Positions 1-8,817 of a stretch of 46,436 bases of DNA are shown in pieces. Source of the stretch: Clostridia bacterium (GTDB taxonomy: Bacteria; Bacillota; Clostridia; Oscillospirales; CAG-272); the NCBI GenBank assembly GCA_017452665.1, contig JAFTLZ010000143.1, positions 1 to 46,436 on the forward strand, read 5' to 3'. How positions within the stretch are numbered: the stretch's first letter is position 1; each line of letters opens with the position of its first letter. The notes under the pieces are model-generated. The model had not been told where the DNA came from. It saw only the letters and a list, made by a program, of their open reading frames with translations, and ran no database searches. The position numbers were made by a program, and so were the translations under genes.

Positions 1-28
1 GTGTCAAATGCGCAAGCGCATTTGACAC
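1..28. terminator. Perfect inverted repeat with 13-bp arms (GTGTCAAATGCGC aa GCGCATTTGACAC), ~50 nt beyond the stop of the minus-strand gene 79..1014. Candidate terminator hairpin.
   Basis: Positions 1-13 pair with 16-28 (hand-checked). The window edge hides any U-tract on the minus strand. Confidence 0.35.
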
Positions 29-78
29 GACCCGTTTTGTCTTTGTACCGCTTGCAAGCGCTCGGCACATCGCATCGG

Positions 79-1014
79 TTATTCTTCTTCCACATCGGGG
101 AGCGGTTCGGGCGGGAATGCCGTGACGACCTGGAAATCGGACACGGGCTGATGCTCGGCTTCGGCAATCAGCTCCAGCTGTTCCTCCGAGAGGAGCAAGC
201 GCATATCATACATGGTAAGGTACGCTTTTACGGATGCTAACTGCTCGGCGGGGGTTGCGGAAACCTCGTCGGATGCCGAAACGGTTTGCAGATCCAGTGC
301 GCAAAAATCACATATCTGCAACAGCTTGCCGATAATCTCCCAGCCGTTTTCGCTTTGCGCGACCGAAAGCGGGATCACCACGCCAACGGGAGCGTCCTCG
401 GCAGCGGCTTTCACAGCGGAAACGTAGTTCAGAATTTCATCGGTTTCCACACTGTCAAAGGGGAGCGAGCAAAGCAAAATCTCACTTCCGCCGGCACGCA
501 AAAATTCCCGTAGCAGGGCAACCTCGCGCACGGAAGCGGCATAACGGAGATCGCTGGAGGTTTGAGCAAAGCTTTGCGGGTAAAACACGCCGCTGATGTA
601 GGTTGCGGCGGAGCTGAGCGTGATCATGCTTTCCTGCAGTTGGTATTCGCCGTTGCGCGAAAGACCAAAATATTCTGCTACCTCGGAGGTATAATTGACC
701 GTTCCGTTGGGACGGTTGATCGAAAAGGAGACGTCGGGATATTCCCAGATGCGGTCGGTGTTCTCCCCGAACTGATACGGATAAGCGTGCACGTCGCGCA
801 AATAGGATTGATACACGGGATCTTCGTCCTCTTTTTCTTCCGTTCCGGAGATCAACTTTTGATAGGCTTCGTCATCCAACCAGACCTTCAACAAATTTCC
901 GATGATGACCGTGACGGTCACAGCAACCAGAACGCAGATCAAAACAATCAAAAGCGGAGATATTTTTCCGTTTTCCCGGCCGTAATTTCGTCTGCGGTTG
1001 CCAAACCGATGCAT
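79..1014 (-). CDS. Membrane-anchored protein of unknown function, with a single N-terminal TM helix and a large extracytoplasmic domain.
   Basis: ATG at 1014 is preceded by AGGAGG. TM segment ISPLLIVLICVLVAVTVTVIIGNLL. No family recognised. Sits 36 nt downstream of the previous minus-strand gene. Confidence 0.7.
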   Translation of the reverse strand: MHRFGNRRRNYGRENGKISPLLIVLICVLVAVTVTVIIGNLLKVWLDDEAYQKLISGTEEKEDEDPVYQSYLRDVHAYPYQFGENTDRIWEYPDVSFSINRPNGTVNYTSEVAEYFGLSRNGEYQLQESMITLSSAATYISGVFYPQSFAQTSSDLRYAASVREVALLREFLRAGGSEILLCSLPFDSVETDEILNYVSAVKAAAEDAPVGVVIPLSVAQSENGWEIIGKLLQICDFCALDLQTVSASDEVSATPAEQLASVKAYLTMYDMRLLLSEEQLELIAEAEHQPVSDFQVVTAFPPEPLPDVEEE

Positions 1015-1050
1015 ACCGTTGCCTCCTTTCGGTTGAATTTGATTGGTTTA

Positions 1051-2073
1051 TTATTTGATCGCCAACAGATCAATGCTTTTTCCGTAATCGCTCAGTTCAA
1101 TGCTTACGTCGTCGGCAAAGGTGTCAATGTATTCGCCGACCTTGGTCCATTGGTAATAGTAGAGCAGATTGGGAACGTTGGAAAGGAGCTTTTCGTTGCT
1201 GTCTTCCATACGTACCATTACGTAGTACCCGTTCTCCGTCGAGATCACGGGGCTGACGTTTCCTGCGTTTTCCAGCTGTAAGCCTGCCTCTACCAGCGTT
1301 TCATCGTAAAGATCGCGTACCAGATAGTAGGGAGCGGCATTGGAGGTGTCCTCGTTGTACTTGGCACTGCCCACGTAGTCGTCAATGGTTTTCGAGCCGT
1401 TTGCAATGCTTTGCTGTACTTCCTGGGCAAGTGCCAGATTCTCGGCAGGGTCGTCGCCCTCATCGTTTCCGATAAAAATGTGCTGAACGTATACGCAGTT
1501 CCCATCCTTCAACCAATCGTAAAACTCTCCGGAGTCACTCACAATCGTGGCAAGATCCTGCGTCAACACATAATAAAGCTCGTTTTTCATCTGATCGGTG
1601 GCAAGGAAGAAACGGAAGAGATTTTCGGTCATATAGGAGGCCTCCAGATCCTCCTTGAAGGCTTTTTCATCGCCGCCGTAATCCTCGGTGATCATCGAGT
1701 CGTAAAGCTCGTCCACCGCGTCCTGAATCACGTCGCTCTTTAAATCCTCAACGGTCAAAAGATTTTCGTAGCAGGCAACCAGCGTTGTATAGTTGGAACG
1801 CAAGGTACTCCACACCGCTTCTTCCAGCTCGGCGCGGTATTGCTCGGCAGTTGCCGCATCGTCCCAAATGGTTCCGTTTTCTGCATTTCCGTCTCCGTAC
1901 TCGGTGTCAAGAAGCGTTTTGTAGGTCATGGTTACAAAGCGAAGCTCCTCATAAAGTACGTCGTAACCGCAGCAGGTACCGATCGCTTTTTCATTGTTGG
2001 AGCAGCCCGTCAACGTGAGTGCGCAAATTAACACACACAACACAGCGGCAACAATTTTTGTTCTCCCGTTCAT
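1051..2073 (-). CDS. Lipoprotein of unknown function. PrsA/SurA-like chaperone is only a guess.
   Basis: ATG at 2073 has GGAGGA 9 nt upstream. Signal peptide ends in the lipobox LTLTGC. The ORF-track start at 2109 lacks a comparable RBS. Confidence 0.65.
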   Translation of the reverse strand: MNGRTKIVAAVLCVLICALTLTGCSNNEKAIGTCCGYDVLYEELRFVTMTYKTLLDTEYGDGNAENGTIWDDAATAEQYRAELEEAVWSTLRSNYTTLVACYENLLTVEDLKSDVIQDAVDELYDSMITEDYGGDEKAFKEDLEASYMTENLFRFFLATDQMKNELYYVLTQDLATIVSDSGEFYDWLKDGNCVYVQHIFIGNDEGDDPAENLALAQEVQQSIANGSKTIDDYVGSAKYNEDTSNAAPYYLVRDLYDETLVEAGLQLENAGNVSPVISTENGYYVMVRMEDSNEKLLSNVPNLLYYYQWTKVGEYIDTFADDVSIELSDYGKSIDLLAIK

Positions 2074-2248
2074 GGCATCAAATCCTCCAAAGCTCGTCTT
2101 TTTTATCATTATACTAAATACTTATGTATATTTTGTGAATATGACGAAAAAACGGAACGAAATTTTCAAAAAGGGATTCCTTTTCTGCTTTTTTTATGAT
2201 ACAATAATAATGGAATCGCAAAAAATGACCGAGAGGGGATGGTTTGAT

Positions 2249-3187
2249 ATGAAGCAAACGTATAAGATTCCGCTTTCCAAGATCGTACAGGAGTTCCGCT
2301 TGGAGGTATTGGTTCGTCCGGACAATTATGATGAAATTCAGATTACGTCACCTGAGGTCAACCGTCCCGGACTGGCGCTGGCAGGCTTTTACGAAATTTT
2401 TGAGCCGGAGCGGATCCAGCTGATCGGAAAGGCAGAAACACAGTATCTGCAATCGCTTGATACCAGTACACGCCGCTTGATGCTGCAAAAGCTGGTAGAC
2501 GCGCACCCGGTGGCAATCATTTACACCACCGGAATTCCCGCCGATGCGCCTTTGCTGGAGCGCGCACAAAAGCAGGGTGTGCCCGTGCTGCAAACAAACG
2601 TAAAGACCAGTCCGATTATGGCAGCGCTGATCTCGTCCTTGAACAACCATCTCGCCCCCCGCATCACGCGCCACGGCGGTCTGGTTGAGGTCTATGGCGA
2701 GGGAATGCTGCTTTTGGGCGACAGCGGCGTCGGTAAGAGCGAAACAACCATCGAGCTGATCAAGCGCGGTCACCGGTTGATCGCAGACGACGCCGTGGAG
2801 ATCAAGCGTGTGTCGGATAAAACTTTGGTAGGCTCAGCTCCCGAGCTGATCCGCCACTACATCGAGCTGCGCGGCATCGGTATCGTGGACGTGCGCCGCC
2901 TGTTTGGTATGGGTGCGGTAAAGGAGACCGAGCGGATTGACCTGGTCATTCAGCTGGAAAACTGGGTGGAAGGAAAGATGTATGACCGCTTAGGCATGGA
3001 CGAGGATAAGATCAACATTCTCGGCATTGAGGTACCAAGCATTACGGTTCCCGTACGCCCCGGTCGAAACCTTGCTATCATCTTAGAGGTTGCCGCAATG
3101 AATTACCGTCAAAAGCGTATGGGCTACAACACCGCTGAGGAGTTCAACAAGCGTATGATGCGTCAAATGGGCGTGGATGAGCTTTGA
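2249..3187 (+). CDS. hprK: HPr kinase/phosphorylase.
   Basis: ATG 2249 follows GAGAGGGGA, giving ~312 aa. P-loop GDSGVGKSE followed by LIADD and ELRGIGI motifs. The ORF-track start 1994 is a TTG that overlaps the divergent lipoprotein gene. Confidence 0.9.
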   Translation: MKQTYKIPLSKIVQEFRLEVLVRPDNYDEIQITSPEVNRPGLALAGFYEIFEPERIQLIGKAETQYLQSLDTSTRRLMLQKLVDAHPVAIIYTTGIPADAPLLERAQKQGVPVLQTNVKTSPIMAALISSLNNHLAPRITRHGGLVEVYGEGMLLLGDSGVGKSETTIELIKRGHRLIADDAVEIKRVSDKTLVGSAPELIRHYIELRGIGIVDVRRLFGMGAVKETERIDLVIQLENWVEGKMYDRLGMDEDKINILGIEVPSITVPVRPGRNLAIILEVAAMNYRQKRMGYNTAEEFNKRMMRQMGVDEL

Positions 3188-3242
3188 AGAATGCCGTCAA
3201 ATGACTTTTTATAAAAATTTAGAAATTTTTTCTAAAAATCTA

Positions 3243-3271
3243 TTGACAATCATTTGATTGCGTGATATAAT
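3243..3271 (+). promoter_or_regulatory. Consensus sigma-A type promoter upstream of the flotillin-like gene.
   Basis: TTGACA (3243-3248), 17-nt spacer, TATAAT (3266-3271), with TG at the extended -10 position. AAAGGAGA RBS precedes ATG 3324. Confidence 0.6.
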
Positions 3272-3323
3272 ATAATCGTGGTACCACAAAACCAAAAAAA
3301 TTTATAAAAAAGGAGAACACAGT

Positions 3324-4733
3324 ATGGAATTCTTAATCCCGATTGCCATCGCTCTTGCACTGTTCGTCATCATTTTTGTCAGCGGTTACCTCAAAGCACC
3401 GCCGGATACCGCCTACATCATTACGGGTCTTGGCAAAAAACGGATCCTGATCGGTAAGGCCGGGTGGCGCGTACCATTTTTGACGCGTGTGGACCGTCTC
3501 TCTCTGCGCGTCATGCAGGTGGATGTCAAAACCAGCGAAGCGGTTCCCACCAACGAGTTTATCAACGTTACGGTGGACGGTGTTGCAAACATTAAAATCT
3601 CCTCCGATCCCGAACTGCTGCAGCGCGCATCCGAGGCGCTTTTGAATCTGCGCCAAGCCGACCTGATCACCCTGGTAACGCAGGTGCTGGAAGGTAATAT
3701 GCGTGAGATCGTGGGTTCGGTTGGGCTGAAGGAAATGGTCCAAGACCGTCAAGGCGTTGCGAAAAAGATCACCGAAAACGTGGTTCCCGATATGGAAAAG
3801 CTGGGTATCGAGGTGGTAAACTTCAATATTCAGAACTTTAAGGACGGTGCCGGAACCATTGAAAACATGGGTATCGACAACGTGGAGCAGATCCGCAAAA
3901 ATGCGCAGATCGCAAAGGCAAACGCGCAAAGAGATATCTCGATTGCAACCGCAAACGCACAGCAGGAGGCAAACGCTGTTCGTGTAGACGCGGAAAAGAA
4001 GATTGCCGAGCAGGATGCCGAGCTGGCGGTTCGCCAGGCGGATATGAAGGTCATGTCCGAAACCAAGCGCGCAGAAGCAGACGCGGCATACTCCATCCAA
4101 CAGGAAAATCAGCGTAAGACCATTGAAATCACCAAGGCAAACGCTGACATCGCACGCAAGGAAAAGGAAGCAGAACTGGCGGAAAAGGCGATCGCGCTGA
4201 AGGAAAGAGAGCTGGATGCCGAGGTTCGCAAGCAGGCGGATGCTATGAAGTATCAGATGGAAAAGAAGGCAGAAGCCGAGCTGATCAAGCAGCAACGTGA
4301 GGCAGAAGCCGAGAAGTACCGTGCAATTCAGGCGGCGGAAGCGAAGAAAGCAGAAGCAGAAGCGCTCCGTTACGCGATGGAGCAGGAGGCGGCAGGTATC
4401 CGTGCAAAGGGCCTTGCCGAGGCAGAAGCCATCGAAAAGAAGGCAGAAGCACAAAAGAAGATGGGCGAGGCATCCGTTCTGGAAATGTACCTCACCGCAC
4501 TGCCCGAGGTTGTCAAGAACGCGGCGGCTCCTTTGGCACAAACCGATCGCATCGTGATGTACGGCGACGGCAACTCCACCAAGCTGATCAAAGACGTGAT
4601 GAGCAGCACCAACCAGATCGTGGAGGGCATGAAGGAATCCACGGGTCTGGATCTGGCGGCACTTCTCTCTGGTGTGGTTGGCGGAAAGATCGTTGCCAAT
4701 GCCAACGCGGATACCGAAAATTCCGCAAACTGA
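3324..4733 (+). CDS. Flotillin-like SPFH/band-7 membrane protein (FloT/YuaG type).
   Basis: N-terminal TM helix, SPFH core (GLGKKRILIGKAGWRVPF...), and a long E/A/K/Q-rich coiled-coil region. 469 aa. Confidence 0.85.
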   Translation: MEFLIPIAIALALFVIIFVSGYLKAPPDTAYIITGLGKKRILIGKAGWRVPFLTRVDRLSLRVMQVDVKTSEAVPTNEFINVTVDGVANIKISSDPELLQRASEALLNLRQADLITLVTQVLEGNMREIVGSVGLKEMVQDRQGVAKKITENVVPDMEKLGIEVVNFNIQNFKDGAGTIENMGIDNVEQIRKNAQIAKANAQRDISIATANAQQEANAVRVDAEKKIAEQDAELAVRQADMKVMSETKRAEADAAYSIQQENQRKTIEITKANADIARKEKEAELAEKAIALKERELDAEVRKQADAMKYQMEKKAEAELIKQQREAEAEKYRAIQAAEAKKAEAEALRYAMEQEAAGIRAKGLAEAEAIEKKAEAQKKMGEASVLEMYLTALPEVVKNAAAPLAQTDRIVMYGDGNSTKLIKDVMSSTNQIVEGMKESTGLDLAALLSGVVGGKIVANANADTENSAN

Positions 4734-4752
4734 TCAATTCGGCTCAAACGAA

Positions 4753-5083
4753 AGCGGGAGCAACTGCTCCCGCTCAGGCTGTAGACAAAAGACATACCAA
4801 ATAACAAGTTGCACAAGGTGAACAATCCCTCAGTCACCTAACGGTGCCAGCGCGAGTCGACGAAGTCGATCTCGTTGGCGGCTTGCCGCCTTCCCTTCTG
4901 CACAAGGGAGCCTAAACGTAAAAGACCGCTAAAATATCATTGTTTTGAGTGCAAATGAACTCTTATAGCCGCCCCTGTGTAAGGGGCGGAAGCTCGCGGA
5001 GCGAGCAGGAGGGGTTGTTTTCGTTATTTAACCTACTAACCTTGTTTTGGTTTACAAACTGAGCGGGAGCAACTGCTCCCGCT
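4753..5083. repeat. Intergenic repeat block bounded by two identical 22-nt palindromes, AGCGGGAGCAACTGCTCCCGCT (4753-4774 and 5062-5083). It contains modules shared with 35.0 kb and 40.3 kb.
   Basis: 4826-4912 aligns with 35064-35165 (CCCTCAG..CCAGCGCGAGTCGAC.AAGTCGATCTCG..). CCCCTGTGTAAGGGG (4971-4985) matches CCCCTTACACAGGGG at 40452-40466 in reverse orientation. Confidence 0.8.
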
Positions 5084-5146
5084 ATGCGTCATATAAGGAC
5101 AACCGATCGCGCGGTCGGCTGTTCCCACTACGAAAAGGAAGCTTTT

Positions 5147-6640
5147 ATGGAAGAAAAGAACATCAACGAACCCAAAACGGTAGAAAATATTGCGTCGGAT
5201 GCCGAGTTGTTGCGGCATAGCGAGATCCGTGACGGCAGATTTATTCGCTACTACGGGAAACGAACGGAAATCGTGATCCCGAATCACGTAACTGTAATCT
5301 CCGAGGATGCGTTTCGTAACAACCGCCGCCTGACAAAGGTGGTATTGGGCGCAAACGTATCCGAAATTCAACCAGATGCATTTCGGGGATGCACACAACT
5401 GCGGCAAATTACGTTTCCTTCCGGATTGCGCGAAATCGGCACCAACGCGTTTTTGGGTTGTACCTCGCTGACCACGGTGCTCCTGCCGCGCACGGTCGTT
5501 TCAATCGGTGACGGTTGCTTCCGTGATTGCTCCGCGTTGCGCCTGGTCGTGCTTTCCGCAAGCCTTGCGCACATCGGCGGTTATGCGTTTTGCGGCTGTG
5601 AATCCTTGGAGGAGATCACGCTCCCCCAAAATCTGCAAAACATTCACCGCGCAACCTTTTTTAACTGCCGTTCGCTGAAATCCATCGTTGTGCCGGACGG
5701 CGTGCGCACGGTTGGCAGATACGCGTTTGGGCGGTGCACCTCGCTGACCGAGCTGATTCTACCGGATGCTTTGACGCACCTCGGTATCGGCGCACTGAGT
5801 AATTGCAGCTCCTTGCGTACGTTCCGTGTGCCTGCATCGGTTCGCTTTATCGGTGACGATACCTTTTCCTGCTGCGAAAGTCTGGAAACGGTTGAAATGC
5901 CGGAAGAGATCAACTATATCGGAAATTCGGCGTTTTGTGCTTGCAAAAGCCTGAAAGCGGTGGATCTGCCGCAAGCGCTGACCCGTATCGGTCACTCTGC
6001 ATTTTTGGGATGCGCTTCTTTGAAAGAGGCTGTGATCCCGTCGGCAACGCAGGATATTGCCAGCGCGGCGTTTGCATATTGCGAGAATTTACAGCGGGTA
6101 GAGATATCGGCGTCCCTGACTGAAATTGAGGATTTGATGTTTACCGGGTGCTTCGCATTGCGCGAGATCGTTTTGCCGGACAGCGTGGAAAAGATCGAAT
6201 CGGGCGCATTTTCCAACTGTGCATCTCTGGCACGCGTCGTGCTCTCCTCCAAGCTTGCACAAATCGACGGCAAGGCGTTTGCAGGGTGCGTTTCCCTGCA
6301 GGAGATCAGCCTCCCCGCATCGCTCAAACGGATCGGAAAAGAGGCGTTTGCGGGATGCTCCGCTTTGCAAACGGTGATTTTTCCGAATGTGCGCTTTTCT
6401 ATGGAGCGCGCGGTGTTTGTTGGGTGCGATGCCTTGAAAACGGTGGTGGTTCCGGACGCATATCATGTATTGCGCTTGCGGAGCGCAAAGTTCGGTATTT
6501 CCAAAAATGCGCACATGATTTTGCACAGCGAGCTGTTGCGTGCGTCGATATACGCAAAGCTGTCCGATCCGTCACTGCCGGATGAGCGCCGTGCCGAATT
6601 GGCAAAGCAGCTGAGCGATATGAATCCGAATCAAAAATGA
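5147..6640 (+). CDS. BspA-type leucine-rich-repeat protein with no signal peptide.
   Basis: ATG 5147 follows GAAAAGGAAG. Well over a dozen tandem ~23-aa units of pattern I.IP..V..IG..AF..C..L..V. Confidence 0.85.
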   Translation: MEEKNINEPKTVENIASDAELLRHSEIRDGRFIRYYGKRTEIVIPNHVTVISEDAFRNNRRLTKVVLGANVSEIQPDAFRGCTQLRQITFPSGLREIGTNAFLGCTSLTTVLLPRTVVSIGDGCFRDCSALRLVVLSASLAHIGGYAFCGCESLEEITLPQNLQNIHRATFFNCRSLKSIVVPDGVRTVGRYAFGRCTSLTELILPDALTHLGIGALSNCSSLRTFRVPASVRFIGDDTFSCCESLETVEMPEEINYIGNSAFCACKSLKAVDLPQALTRIGHSAFLGCASLKEAVIPSATQDIASAAFAYCENLQRVEISASLTEIEDLMFTGCFALREIVLPDSVEKIESGAFSNCASLARVVLSSKLAQIDGKAFAGCVSLQEISLPASLKRIGKEAFAGCSALQTVIFPNVRFSMERAVFVGCDALKTVVVPDAYHVLRLRSAKFGISKNAHMILHSELLRASIYAKLSDPSLPDERRAELAKQLSDMNPNQK

Positions 6641-6663
6641 ATCGGAAAGCATCCTTTCCGATT
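6640..6663 (+). terminator. Hairpin AATCGGAAAG-catc-CTTTCCGATT that starts on the last base of the LRR gene stop codon. A second weaker stem plus T6 follows at ~6670-6697.
   Basis: 10-bp perfect stem by hand pairing. The T-run belongs to the second stem only. Confidence 0.4.
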
Positions 6664-6825
6664 GCAGAGAGACGTTGTTTTTGCAGCGTCTTTTTTGTTT
6701 GATTCAAAAAGCAACACCTTTGGGACTTACAAGTCAACCGCATTTCAGTACGGGATTGGAATGAGATGTAATCTTGTAGACCGTTTTGGATGGCGGTAGC
6801 ATCCTTCTCCAACGGAGAAAATTTT

Positions 6826-6870
6826 GACTGTAGACAAAACCAACGAGTTTCGTCAGTTTTGTCTACAGTC
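6826..6870. terminator. Strong hairpin with a 15-bp perfect stem (GACTGTAGACAAAAC / GTTTTGTCTACAGTC) in the convergent intergenic region downstream of the ABC operon.
   Basis: Hand-checked pairing of 6826-6840 with 6856-6870. The 15-nt loop contains a mini-stem. Confidence 0.45.
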
Positions 6871-6927
6871 TGCAGGGAACAACATCGCTTCCCCGTTCTT
6901 TTCAGTTGAATAAAGGTTTGATTCTTA

Positions 6928-8817
6928 TTACGTTGCCATGCCTGCAAACTGGTTGCTGTAAAGCTTGGCGTATTCGCCGTCCGCGGCAAGAAGCGTATCG
7001 TGATCCCCCGCTTCCGCCACAACGCCATCGCGGATGACGACGATCATATCCGCATCGCGAATGGTAGACAGGCGATGGGCAATGATCAAAGACGTGCGGT
7101 TTTTCATCAATGCGAGCATTGCTTGCTGAATGTGCATTTCGGTACGCGTATCCACATTGGAGGTCGCTTCGTCCAGAATCAGGATCTTCGGGTCTGCCAG
7201 CACCGCGCGCGCGATGGCAAGCAGCTGTCTTTGCCCTTGCGAAAGGTTGGAGCCGGATTCCGCCAGAACCGTATCGTAGCCATCGGGCAAGCGGTCGATA
7301 AAATAATCCGCCTTTGCCGTTGCGGCAGCATTTTTCATTTGCTCATCGGATGCCTCCGGATGACCGTACTTGATGTTGTTGCGGATGGTATCCGAAAAGA
7401 GCACCGTATCCTGCAAAACGATTGCGATCATATGCCGCAGAGTTGATTTCGGGATCTCCCGGATATCCACGCCGTCGATCGTAATTTTTCCGCCGTTGGT
7501 CTCGTAAAAACGGGTCAGCAGATTGACAACCGTGGTTTTTCCGGAGCCCGTGGCACCGACGATGGCAATTTTTTGACCGGATCGGATCGACAGATTCAAG
7601 CCCTTCAGCACGGGCTCATCCGGAATATACTCAAATTGAATATTCTGAAAATCAATATCGCCGCGCACCGAGGAGATCTTCATGTCGCGCTTACCCTCGT
7701 CCACCTCGTCGGCGCTGTCCATGATCTCAAAGATGCGTTCCGCGCCTGCCAGGGCCGTCAGAATACTGGAATACTGGTTTGCAATCTGGTTGATGGGGTG
7801 GGTAAACTTTTTGGAATACTGTAGCATTGCCTGGATGCTTCCTACCGTAATGCCCATGTTGTTCAGCACCATCCAGCCGCCGCTTGCCGCGATCAGAACG
7901 TACTGCAAATTTCCGATAAAATTCATCACGGGTCCCATGATCGAGCCCCACACCTTTGCGCTGACTGCACAGGAACGCAGCTCCTGCGACGTGGCGGCAA
8001 ATTTTTCTACCGATTCCTCTTCTTTGCCAAAGGCAACCACCGTTTTGTAGGAGGTTACCGTTTCCTCGACCTGACCGTTGATCTGTCCGAGCAGCTTTTG
8101 CTGGCGGACAAAATATTTGCGCATGAACTTACCCAGCTGTGCGGAAACGCACACAGAGATCGGAATGGTCACAAGCGCGATCAGCGTCATTTGCCAACTG
8201 TAGTACAGCATCATTACCAGGGCGCCGAAAAGCGTGAGCACGCAGGAAAACAGCGTGGTAATCGACTGCGAGATGGCGTTGGAAACATTCTCCACGTCGT
8301 TGGTCATGCGGGACATGATGTCTCCGTGCTTGTGCGTATCGGTATAGCTGATCGGCAGGCGGGAGATTTTTTGAAACAGATCGGAACGCATACTCCGCAC
8401 CGTACGTTGGGAAAGCTGTGCCGACAAAATCCCCTGGAAGAAGGAAAGCACCGCGCTGCAGACGAAAATGATTGCCATCACCGTCAAATATCCCGCCAAT
8501 GCCTCCAAATCTACCTGAAGTCCGCCTGCCAGCTCGTCTACCGAGATCGTATCAATCGCCTTTGCCTGGAAGAACGGCCCCAGCAGATCCGCCGCGGTCA
8601 CCGCCAGCATAATGGCGAGCAAGGCGATCAACAGCACACCGCTGCGCCCAATGTAGTGCAAAAGGCGACCAACGGTCTGTTTGGTATTTTTCGGCTTTTC
8701 GGCGTTCATCCGCGCCGCCATGGGGCCTCCTCCACCGGGTCCGCGTCTGCCACCGATCGGAACGATGGGCGGATCCCCTGCGCTTTTTGCGGCAGGTCTG
8801 TTTGCTTGTTGATTCAT
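6928..8817 (-). CDS. ABC exporter, fused permease and ATPase (multidrug/lipid exporter type), second subunit of a heterodimer.
   Basis: N-terminal 6-TM domain. Walker A GATGSGKTT, signature LSQGQRQ, Walker B ILILDEATS. Confidence 0.9.
   Translation of the reverse strand: MNQQANRPAAKSAGDPPIVPIGGRRGPGGGGPMAARMNAEKPKNTKQTVGRLLHYIGRSGVLLIALLAIMLAVTAADLLGPFFQAKAIDTISVDELAGGLQVDLEALAGYLTVMAIIFVCSAVLSFFQGILSAQLSQRTVRSMRSDLFQKISRLPISYTDTHKHGDIMSRMTNDVENVSNAISQSITTLFSCVLTLFGALVMMLYYSWQMTLIALVTIPISVCVSAQLGKFMRKYFVRQQKLLGQINGQVEETVTSYKTVVAFGKEEESVEKFAATSQELRSCAVSAKVWGSIMGPVMNFIGNLQYVLIAASGGWMVLNNMGITVGSIQAMLQYSKKFTHPINQIANQYSSILTALAGAERIFEIMDSADEVDEGKRDMKISSVRGDIDFQNIQFEYIPDEPVLKGLNLSIRSGQKIAIVGATGSGKTTVVNLLTRFYETNGGKITIDGVDIREIPKSTLRHMIAIVLQDTVLFSDTIRNNIKYGHPEASDEQMKNAAATAKADYFIDRLPDGYDTVLAESGSNLSQGQRQLLAIARAVLADPKILILDEATSNVDTRTEMHIQQAMLALMKNRTSLIIAHRLSTIRDADMIVVIRDGVVAEAGDHDTLLAADGEYAKLYSNQFAGMAT

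Noticed and set aside
1-240. The plus-strand 79-aa ORF at the window start, and other plus-strand ORFs at 212..1281.
   Set aside because: They overlap the better-supported minus-strand gene 79..1014, which has a strong RBS, a TM anchor and operon context. Their composition is typical of antisense frames.
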